A stretch of 64,000 nt of DNA, taken from assembly GCA_025057275.1 (NCBI GenBank), contig JANWXQ010000019.1, forward strand, positions 2,254-66,253. The letters run 5' to 3'. Positions 56,304 through 64,000 of this stretch are shown here, one piece after another (the stretch's first letter is position 1; every line of letters starts with the position of its first letter). The DNA is from Chitinophagales bacterium (GTDB lineage: Bacteria > Bacteroidota > Bacteroidia > Chitinophagales > UBA10324). The notes beneath the pieces were generated by a model. It saw only the letters and a program-made list of their open reading frames with translations, had not been told where the DNA came from and ran no database searches. A program made the translations under genes and the position numbers.

Positions 56304-57131
56304 ATGTTACATAACGATAAGTTCATAAATCATAAAGGAGCCGTCATTCATTATGTTGTTGCAGGCCTAGGCTCTCCCGTCATTCTGGTGCATGGCTTTT
56401 GCGAAGATCACAGCGTCTGGCTGAAATGGGCTGCGCCGCTGGCTGAACACCGCAAACTCATTCTGCCCGACCTGCCTGGCTTTGGCCGATCTCAATTACC
56501 CGGATCCTCCATGCAGATGAGCGATTACGCTGAAGCGGTTCGTGCTGTGGCGGAGGCAGAAGGAGTCGCATCAGCGCCTTTTCTGGGCCACAGTATGGGA
56601 GGCTACACCGTGCTGCAACTTGCCCAGCAGCACCCCGAACGGGTGAATGGTTTGGGTTTGTTTCATTCCTCGGCCCTGGAAGATGATGAGCAAAAGAAAA
56701 CAGACCGGCAGCGCGTAGCCGATTTCGTGCGTCAGAATGGCAAGGAACCCTTCGTTGCTGAATTGATACCCAAACTGTTCAGCAAAACTTATCTGGAAAA
56801 ACATAAAGAAAAAGTCAGGGAGTGGACAGCCCGCTGCACGGAATTTTCTACTGCCGAAGGCATTATCGCTGCATCGCTTGCCATGCGCGCGCGCAACGAT
56901 ACCACCCAGGTGCTCCGGCAAGCCAGGTATCCTGTTTTGTTTATTATCGGAAAAGAAGACCTAGCGGTTTTGCCGGAACGGGTGTTGCCACAGACGCATC
57001 TGCCCGATTGCGCCGTAATAGAATTACTGGATCACGTGGCCCACATGGGCATGATGGAAGCTCCTGAGCCCTGCCTGAAGGCTGTGCAGCAGTGGCTATC
57101 GCTGTGCGATCTGAAAAACCAAGTCGGTTAG
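56304..57131 (+). CDS. Alpha/beta-fold hydrolase
   Basis: HG oxyanion motif (ILVHGF) and nucleophile elbow GHSMGG. Start at ATG 56304. Confidence 0.8.
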   Translation: MLHNDKFINHKGAVIHYVVAGLGSPVILVHGFCEDHSVWLKWAAPLAEHRKLILPDLPGFGRSQLPGSSMQMSDYAEAVRAVAEAEGVASAPFLGHSMGGYTVLQLAQQHPERVNGLGLFHSSALEDDEQKKTDRQRVADFVRQNGKEPFVAELIPKLFSKTYLEKHKEKVREWTARCTEFSTAEGIIAASLAMRARNDTTQVLRQARYPVLFIIGKEDLAVLPERVLPQTHLPDCAVIELLDHVAHMGMMEAPEPCLKAVQQWLSLCDLKNQVG

Positions 57132-57136
57132 GTTTT

Positions 57137-58576
57137 TTAGTCGGGAATCGGTGGGGGTCCGTCAGGGATCAGGGGTTGCCAGCGTTGATTGCCGCGGCGT
57201 CGTTCAAATTCAGCACGGATGTCGGCCCGCAACTGCGGCTGCTGAAACAGATCTACCATAGTGAGCGCCAGCACCTTTGCGGCAAACAACATGCCCTTAT
57301 GACCGATGGACATGCCACCACAGGCCACTACGATCCAGGAATGCCATGGTGCTTCGTAAGGCGCTGTGGTGGCCAGCAACGTGATTTCGGGAACGATCCA
57401 GCTGACATCGCCCACATCGGTAGAGCCGCCGTCGGGGTCTTCTTTGGTTTGTTCCAACGGCTTTATGCTGCCATCCAATCCTTTGAACGGCAATCCGTAT
57501 TCCTTCATGATTTGTTCGGCAAAAGCCAGCTCTTCCGGCGTGTAGGTAATCGGGCCCACCAGTTCCATGTTGCGCTGCAGGGCGCGAGCGCCAGTTTCAT
57601 TAATCAGCAACTCATACAATCCGTTGTTCAGCTGCAGTGAAACATCCACGCCGGCCATCAGCGCTGCTCCCTGCGCAATTTGCTTCATCCGTTGCTCCAG
57701 TTCGGAAACCCCGCTGCGTTTGGAATCGCGCAGCCAGATCCAAACGGATGCTTCTTCCGGAACCACATTGGGCACGTTGCCTGCCGAGGAGTACACGTAG
57801 TGAATCCGCACCGATGGCTTCACATGCTCGCGCAGGTAATTGATGCCGATGGCAAACAATTCGGCTGCATCCAAAGCACTGCGGCCGTTCCAGGGATCAG
57901 AAGCAGCATGGGCGCTGCGCCCGCGGAACGTAACGGTCCAGTCGGTGATGGCCTGAGAGCTTTGCACGTTGGCCTTGTTGCTGTAATCGGGATGCCAGTC
58001 CAGGCATACATCCAGGTCATCAAATAGTCCGGCGCGGGCCATATACACCTTGCCACTGCCGTCTTCTTCGGCCGGAGTGCCGTAATAGCGTATGGTGCCT
58101 TGCAGCATGTTGCGTTCCATCAATTCCTTGATGGCCAAAGCTGCGCCCATGCTACCGGCGCCAAACATATTATGACCACAGCCATGACCCGTGCCTCCCG
58201 GGATGCGTTCCTGCCTCTTCGGCACAGCCTCCTGAGAAAGACCAGGCAGCGCGTCGAATTCACCGAGAATGCCGATGATCGGTTTGCCGGATCCATAGGT
58301 GGCGACGAACGCCGTGGGCATGCCGGCCACGCCACGCTGCACGCTGAAACCCTTTTGCTCGGCATAATCAGCCAGTATGCGTGCGGAACGATGCTCCCGG
58401 AATGCCAGTTCCGCAAAGGCCCAGACGCTGTCGCTCAGGGCGATGAGTTCATGCCTGTGCCGTTCTATGGATTCTACGGCCAGTTTTTTGGCCGGTATCC
58501 ATTTGCTTTTTTGCGCAGCGAGGCCAAGCGGCAGGCCCATCAGCCAGCACCATAGCAGGAAACGCAGAAAACGCAT
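57137..58576 (-). CDS. M20 family metallo-hydrolase, AbgB/aminobenzoyl-glutamate hydrolase subunit B-like, secreted
   Basis: Signal peptide, GHGCGHN metal-binding motif, PAEE, and the dimerisation-domain insert typical of M20D. Confidence 0.8.
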   Translation of the reverse strand: MRFLRFLLWCWLMGLPLGLAAQKSKWIPAKKLAVESIERHRHELIALSDSVWAFAELAFREHRSARILADYAEQKGFSVQRGVAGMPTAFVATYGSGKPIIGILGEFDALPGLSQEAVPKRQERIPGGTGHGCGHNMFGAGSMGAALAIKELMERNMLQGTIRYYGTPAEEDGSGKVYMARAGLFDDLDVCLDWHPDYSNKANVQSSQAITDWTVTFRGRSAHAASDPWNGRSALDAAELFAIGINYLREHVKPSVRIHYVYSSAGNVPNVVPEEASVWIWLRDSKRSGVSELEQRMKQIAQGAALMAGVDVSLQLNNGLYELLINETGARALQRNMELVGPITYTPEELAFAEQIMKEYGLPFKGLDGSIKPLEQTKEDPDGGSTDVGDVSWIVPEITLLATTAPYEAPWHSWIVVACGGMSIGHKGMLFAAKVLALTMVDLFQQPQLRADIRAEFERRRGNQRWQPLIPDGPPPIPD

Positions 58577-58617
58577 GGCAAAATTTTTTTGGAAGAAAAG
58601 TAGGAAAGCCGTAATCG

Positions 58618-61410
58618 CTATTCAAATGCCTTGCGGATGATTTCCTCCTGCTCCTGGACATGCAGTTTGTAAAAGCCGGTGGCAGGAGCTGCTGCTGCCT
58701 TGCGCGTAATCCCGTACAGCTCTTTGTCGCGAAGCTTCCAGTTCATCTTCAAAAAAGCATAGGCACCCATGTTGTAGGGTTCTTCCTGAACCCAGATGAA
58801 GGTGGCCGCGCGGTATTGTCCGGTCAGGCGTTCCAGTTGGGCAACCGGCAGCGGATAGAGTTGTTCCAAACGAACCAACGCCACATCATTACGCCCCAGG
58901 CGCTCCTTCTGTTCCTGCAGTTCATAGAAAATCTTTCCCGAACACAGAAGCACCCGACGAATCGAATTCCGGTTGGTGACCGAAGCATCATCCAACACTT
59001 CCTGGAAACCGCCGCTACTGAATGCTTCGCGTTTGCTGATGCAGCGCGGGTGGCGCAGCAGGCTTTTGGGACTCATCACTACCAGGGGCTTTCGGAAGGG
59101 ACGCGCCAATTGGCGACGCAGGGCATGAAAGAAGTTGGCCGGTGTGGTCGGATTGATGACGCACCAGTTCAAGTCAGCGCTGAGCTGAAGAAATCGTTCT
59201 AACCGGGCGCTGGAATGTTCAGCACCCTGCCCCTCGTATCCATGCGGCAACAACAGCACCAGACCACTCATGCGGTTCCATTTGCTTTCGCCGCTGCTGA
59301 TGAACTGGTCGATAACGGTCTGAGCGCCGTTGCTGAAATCGCCGAACTGCGCTTCCCACAGCACCAGGGCGTCAGGGGTGGCCAGGGAATAACCGTATTC
59401 AAAGCCAAGCACACCGAATTCACTGAGCAGGCTGTTGTAAATACGGAAACGGCCCACGGAAGTACCTTCCCGCCCGGCAACCGGCGGCAGGCTTTCCAAC
59501 CGGTTGTAAAAGCGGGTGCCGCTCTGATCGTAGATGACGGCATGCCGGTGGCTAAACGTGCCGCGCACAGAATCTTGCCCGCTGAGCCGGATGTCGTTGC
59601 CTTCCAACATGAGGGTGCCGTAGGCAAGCAGTTCTGCCATGGCCCAGTCCACCCGGTTTTCCTCAAATGCCGTGCGCTGCTTGGCCATCAGCTGGCGTAC
59701 CTTGGGCAAGGCATCAATGTCATCGGGAACCGTAGTCAGGTGCTGCGCTACGTGATGGATGACAGCTTCCTCAACGGCCGTTACCGGCGATGCGCTGAAA
59801 TCGTCTGGGGTGGCCCGCCGCAACCGGCGCCAGGCCAGCTCGGGCGGCTGGTAGGTATAAGGCAACGGATGCTGCTTGACAAAATCCAGGCGCTCCTGCA
59901 GTTGCTTCCAGAAACTGTTGTTCATTTCCCGGGCCAGCTCGGCTTCGATGTCGCCGCGGTCAATCAGGACCTGCGTGTAGATTTCTCTGGGATTGGGATG
60001 CCGGGCAATCAGGTCGTACAACCGGGGCTGGGTGTATTTTGGATCATCCCCCTCGTTGTGGCCATGGCGGCGGTAGCAAACCATGTCAACGAACACGTCT
60101 TTATGAAAGCGGTTGCGGAAGTCGGCAGCCAGCTCTATGGAAAAAACGACAGCTTCAGGATCATCGCCGTTCACATGCAGCACCGGCGCCTGAACCGTAG
60201 CGGCTAGGCTGGTGCAATAGAACGACGACCGGGCATCATCAAAGTCGGTGGTAAATCCGATTTGATTGTTGATCACAAAGTGAATGGTACCGCCAACATG
60301 ATAACCCGGAAGCTGACTCATCTGCAGGCATTCGTACACCACGCCCTGACCGGCAATCGCCGCATCGCCATGGATCAGCACGGGCACCACCCGATTAAAG
60401 TCGCCGTGGTACAGGATGTCTGCTTTGGCCCGGGCAAAGCCGGCTACAACAGGATTTACCGATTCCAGATGGGATGGATTCGGCGCCAGCTTCACATGGA
60501 TGCTGCGGCCTGAGGGTGTCTGCAACTCGGAGGAATACCCCAGATGGTACTTGACGTCGCCGTCGCCCATGGTTTGGTCCGGCAGCACGGTTCCCTCAAA
60601 CTCATTAAATATGTTTTCATACGTTTTGCCCATCAGGTTGGCCAGCACATTCAGGCGGCCACGATGGGCCATGCCCAGCACGATTTCTTCTGCGCCCAAC
60701 TCGGCACAACGGTTCACCAAGGCATCCAGAGCCGGAATGGTGGTTTCCCCTCCCTCCAGAGAAAACCGCTTTTGCCCGACGTATTTGGTGCCCAAAAACT
60801 TTTCAAACACCACGGCGTCGTTCAGCTTCTGAAGAATGCGTTTCTTTTTTTCCAGGGGAAATCGAAACGACGTGACGCCGTATTCGTACACGCGCTGCAG
60901 CCAATAAAGTTCGTCAGGATCGGTGAGGTAGGTGTACTCAATGCCGATGCTTCCGCAGTAGATCTTGTTCAATCGTTCCAAAATCCGGCGTAACGATGTC
61001 CGGCCCATACGAAGCAGCTCGCCGGCATAGAAAGATTTGTCCAGATCCGATTCATTCAGGTGAAAGAACGACAGATGCAGGTTGGCCTTTCGGTCTTTAC
61101 GCGGCCGTATAGGATTGGTGCGGGCCACCAGATGGCCTTTCGCGCGGTACGCCGAAATCAGATGCGCTACCTGAAATTCCTTAGCTACCGTATCGGCCGA
61201 CAGATCCTCAGGCGCGGGTGGCGTTTCTGCAGGCTGTTGGGTTGCAGGACCTGCCAAGCCACCTCCGTCCAGTAGGCGTACGGCAAAATCAAAACCTTCA
61301 AAAAACTTGCGCCACTCTTCGTCAATGGATGCAGGATCCTGGCGGTATTGCTCGTAGAGGCTTTCCACGTAGCCGGGTTCGGCCTGCGTCAGGTAGGTAA
61401 ACGATGACAT
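58618..61410 (-). CDS. sucA: 2-oxoglutarate dehydrogenase E1 component
   Basis: 930 aa; N-terminal YVESLYEQY, RGHL..A..NP, MAHRGRLNVL, GDAAIAGQGVVYE and HGYEGQGAEHSS blocks. ATG at 61410 (MSSFTYL). Confidence 0.95.
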   Translation of the reverse strand: MSSFTYLTQAEPGYVESLYEQYRQDPASIDEEWRKFFEGFDFAVRLLDGGGLAGPATQQPAETPPAPEDLSADTVAKEFQVAHLISAYRAKGHLVARTNPIRPRKDRKANLHLSFFHLNESDLDKSFYAGELLRMGRTSLRRILERLNKIYCGSIGIEYTYLTDPDELYWLQRVYEYGVTSFRFPLEKKKRILQKLNDAVVFEKFLGTKYVGQKRFSLEGGETTIPALDALVNRCAELGAEEIVLGMAHRGRLNVLANLMGKTYENIFNEFEGTVLPDQTMGDGDVKYHLGYSSELQTPSGRSIHVKLAPNPSHLESVNPVVAGFARAKADILYHGDFNRVVPVLIHGDAAIAGQGVVYECLQMSQLPGYHVGGTIHFVINNQIGFTTDFDDARSSFYCTSLAATVQAPVLHVNGDDPEAVVFSIELAADFRNRFHKDVFVDMVCYRRHGHNEGDDPKYTQPRLYDLIARHPNPREIYTQVLIDRGDIEAELAREMNNSFWKQLQERLDFVKQHPLPYTYQPPELAWRRLRRATPDDFSASPVTAVEEAVIHHVAQHLTTVPDDIDALPKVRQLMAKQRTAFEENRVDWAMAELLAYGTLMLEGNDIRLSGQDSVRGTFSHRHAVIYDQSGTRFYNRLESLPPVAGREGTSVGRFRIYNSLLSEFGVLGFEYGYSLATPDALVLWEAQFGDFSNGAQTVIDQFISSGESKWNRMSGLVLLLPHGYEGQGAEHSSARLERFLQLSADLNWCVINPTTPANFFHALRRQLARPFRKPLVVMSPKSLLRHPRCISKREAFSSGGFQEVLDDASVTNRNSIRRVLLCSGKIFYELQEQKERLGRNDVALVRLEQLYPLPVAQLERLTGQYRAATFIWVQEEPYNMGAYAFLKMNWKLRDKELYGITRKAAAAPATGFYKLHVQEQEEIIRKAFE

Positions 61411-61449
61411 GCCGTCCAAAATTAGCCGATGACGGCATGAGGACGCAGG

Positions 61450-64000
61450 TTAATGGCCTACCATAAACAGCCCGCTCAGGCTGCTTTCCCCCTGGCGACA
61501 ATGAACCAGATAGGTTCCCTGAGGCAGATGTCGTACCGGCCATTCCAGTTGCACTGCGCCCTCAAGCGGCTGAGCGAACAGCGTGCCCAGGTGTCGGCCG
61601 GAAAGGTCGGTAATCAGGATGGAAACCGGCAGGTCTTCGGGCGTGCTGATGCTGATGCGCAGCATGGTGGATGCCGGCACAGGCCACAGCGATAAAGTCA
61701 TGGACTCCCCATGCGAGGCAACAGTAAAAAGCCCTTCGCGCCAGGGTGCAGTTTGAGTCATCACCTTTAACTGGTAGCAGTCAGCAGGGTCAAATGCGGT
61801 GGAAGCATGAACCACTTCCACATAATAGGTTCCCTTGGGTGCGGAATTGTACACAAGAACTTCCGGAGTTGTTCCGCTATTGGCCGACGTGAAGAGCAGT
61901 TGGCCGTTTTTCTTGTAGAGCTTCAGGTCGTAATCCTGGGTTAACCCCGTCAGCTGAACCTTAATATGGGTGGGGTTGACCTTAAAACTGAACCAGTCGG
62001 CATCAGCAGCGGAAGCAATGCTGCCACTGAAACCGAACAGCGATGTATCGGAAAAAGGAGCAATCCTATACGCTGCGGTAAGTGATTCATTGGGCTCGTA
62101 AACATCCAGGCAATTATCCTGCACATCCATTTTCATGGCTCCGGCTTCGCTGTTGCCTTGAATAGTTGTTTGATGTGCTCCCGGGCTTAAGGGCAGCTTA
62201 CCGTCTGAGTCCACTGCCAGATACAACATGTTGTCCGGACCGATGCGGCCCCCGTTAAAGGCATCGTCGAGCAAACCACCGACATAGGTGCCCCAAATCC
62301 GGTTCCCTGCCGTATCCATCTTGACAATCATGGCATCCTGGGCGCCGCCGATTTGTTCCTGAAAGCTGCCGGAAGTCGCAATGTGGGTGAGACTGCGGGT
62401 TTTACCTACGGTATAGAGTTTCTCGTTCTGGTCAAACGTTACGGCATTGAGTACATCGTTTTCCTGACCCCCGCAGTAGGTGCCCCAAATCTGCTTTCCG
62501 GAAGGAGTGAATTTGGCGATGTATCCGTCGAAAAGCGGATAGCCACCGATGTTGTAACCGGCTGTCCAGGCCGGCTGAAACGCATTGGCCGAGGCAATGC
62601 CCGATATGCTGAACGTAAAACCGCAGATATAAACATTGCCGGCCCCGTCAGCAACGATACCGCGCCCCATATCTTCACCGCTGCCTCCGAAATAGGTGTT
62701 CCAGTAAAACGTACCCGTTGTATCAAAGCGGGAGAGGAATGCATCGGTGTTGCCGCCGTAAATGGTCTGATGGGTGCCCGGCGTAGCCAGTCCGGCACTG
62801 CTTTCCGTAGTGCCGTGCAGGTAAATGTTGCCATAGGAATCCAGGCAAATGGCATGGTGGCGGTCTTCACCGTTGCCGCCAATGTACGATGCCCATAGGC
62901 GTGTGCCGTTCTTACTGAATTTGGCCACATAGGCATCGCCTTCACCACCCTGATATGTGGGAAAGGCGCTGCCGGGCGTGGCTATCTGATGCTGACTTTT
63001 CGTGGTGCCGGTGAAATAAATGTCGCCTTTTCCATCCACTACCCCCTGTCGCGCATGCTCCTGATAGGGACCGCCCATGTAGGTGCTCCAGCTCAGCGTG
63101 CCGTTGCCTTTGAATTTGGTGATCAGAATGTCGCCTTTACCTGCGGGCTGGGTTTGATAGGCGTCGGCTGTGGTAACTGCTGAATCGCTGATGGAATTGC
63201 CGAATAAAACAATACCGTTGCTGTTGGTGCTGTAATCAAGGGCCACGCCGTAGTTGATGTCTTTTTTGCTGCCTCCGAAATAGGTGCACCATTCCATGGC
63301 CCCTGAAGTTTTGAATTTGGCGCAGAAAATGTCGTATTCCCCGCCGGCATAAACCGTCTGGTAGGCACCGGTTGTGGCAATAAAGGTGGTGCTGGGCGTG
63401 TGGCCCGACAGGATGGCTTTGAACTTGTTGTCACCGGCAGCTTCTCCGGAGAAGTCATCTTCGGTGCCGCCAAGCAACGAACTCCAGATCAGTGTCGGAT
63501 CAATCACATACAGCTGCCCGCGAACTTCGGATTCATTTACCCGAAAGCCCAAACGGCCGTTTCGGATGACAAACGAAGTAGCCACAGGCCTACGATCGCT
63601 CAGGCGAATGGTCAGCGGAGCTGAATGCTGGAGACCTCCGCCGCCGGTATACACTTCCAGGGCTCCGTTCTCATTGAGGAAGTAGCGCTCTGCTCCCAAA
63701 AGGTCAAGCCCGATCCGTGAAGCATCACCATCCGGATGCACAACAAAATGGTAATGCAGGCCGCGTGCAGCATCGTAGCGAAACACCAGATCAATGCCCG
63801 GATACACATTGCGGCCGGTGATTTCATCGAAGACGCCGACCTGTTCAAAGCCGCCGTGCGGCAAGGTGTTCTGGTAGCAATGCACTTCGCATACCCGCTG
63901 GCCTGTAGCCTGCCATTTTATCGGACTACTGATGTCCGTCAAGTGAAAATCCACCCGGTGGGCAAGGGTCCATTCCCGTTCAGGATCAGGATAGTCTTCA
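61450..64000 (-). CDS. Large secreted SBBP-type beta-propeller repeat protein with a pre-peptidase C-terminal (PPC)-like domain and T9SS sorting domain; 5' end outside the window
   Basis: Repeats of the type YFGGS..D.g.giA.D..GN.Y..G.T.S....T.GA.Q. PPC-like block (YEPNES...DADWFSFKV...DYDLKLY...GTYYVEV). C-terminal CTD (LSLWPVPAST...GTYLVHCRQG). The reading frame stays open from 63954 to the window edge, so the gene is partial. Confidence 0.8.
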   Translation of the reverse strand, partial: EDYPDPEREWTLAHRVDFHLTDISSPIKWQATGQRVCEVHCYQNTLPHGGFEQVGVFDEITGRNVYPGIDLVFRYDAARGLHYHFVVHPDGDASRIGLDLLGAERYFLNENGALEVYTGGGGLQHSAPLTIRLSDRRPVATSFVIRNGRLGFRVNESEVRGQLYVIDPTLIWSSLLGGTEDDFSGEAAGDNKFKAILSGHTPSTTFIATTGAYQTVYAGGEYDIFCAKFKTSGAMEWCTYFGGSKKDINYGVALDYSTNSNGIVLFGNSISDSAVTTADAYQTQPAGKGDILITKFKGNGTLSWSTYMGGPYQEHARQGVVDGKGDIYFTGTTKSQHQIATPGSAFPTYQGGEGDAYVAKFSKNGTRLWASYIGGNGEDRHHAICLDSYGNIYLHGTTESSAGLATPGTHQTIYGGNTDAFLSRFDTTGTFYWNTYFGGSGEDMGRGIVADGAGNVYICGFTFSISGIASANAFQPAWTAGYNIGGYPLFDGYIAKFTPSGKQIWGTYCGGQENDVLNAVTFDQNEKLYTVGKTRSLTHIATSGSFQEQIGGAQDAMIVKMDTAGNRIWGTYVGGLLDDAFNGGRIGPDNMLYLAVDSDGKLPLSPGAHQTTIQGNSEAGAMKMDVQDNCLDVYEPNESLTAAYRIAPFSDTSLFGFSGSIASAADADWFSFKVNPTHIKVQLTGLTQDYDLKLYKKNGQLLFTSANSGTTPEVLVYNSAPKGTYYVEVVHASTAFDPADCYQLKVMTQTAPWREGLFTVASHGESMTLSLWPVPASTMLRISISTPEDLPVSILITDLSGRHLGTLFAQPLEGAVQLEWPVRHLPQGTYLVHCRQGESSLSGLFMVGH

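Overview
This window reads as a densely packed chromosomal core segment of a moderately GC-rich Bacteroidota genome. The phylum call rests on several T9SS C-terminal sorting domains, an S46 dipeptidyl-peptidase, a Rho with an inserted low-complexity domain, DUF4199/DUF4286-type small proteins and TAnnTTTG -7 promoter boxes. I support about 50 protein-coding genes, one of them (rpmH) missing from the ORF track.

Most are housekeeping:
- a murF-alr fusion, trhO, rho, rpmH-rnpA-yidD, truA, hisS, uvrA, kbl, scpA, dxs, trmB and sucA;
- a glycogen/maltodextrin block (glgB, two GH13 enzymes, an MFS transporter);
- part of the kynurenine/2-aminomuconate tryptophan pathway (kynA, a RidA-type deaminase candidate, an ALDH8-like dehydrogenase, and ACMSD 27 kb away);
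- a small polysaccharide export locus (WecA-like initiator, Wzc, Wza, GT4, AsnB-like);
- several secreted proteins and lipoproteins of unknown function.

I found no rRNA, tRNA, CRISPR array, transposase, integrase, phage gene or recognisable defence/toxin module, and I cannot point to a convincing new 'system'. The best candidates for undescribed biology are:
- a two-gene, three-module amidohydrolase set in which only one module keeps the metal-binding HxH motif;
- a T9SS-exported SGNH-like hydrolase with a GHS catalytic motif;
- a BY-kinase with a (GY)n tyrosine tail encoded by an imperfect hexanucleotide repeat;
- two large propeller-type T9SS cargo proteins.

All family assignments come from motif recognition by eye and memory. 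No searches or statistics were run.
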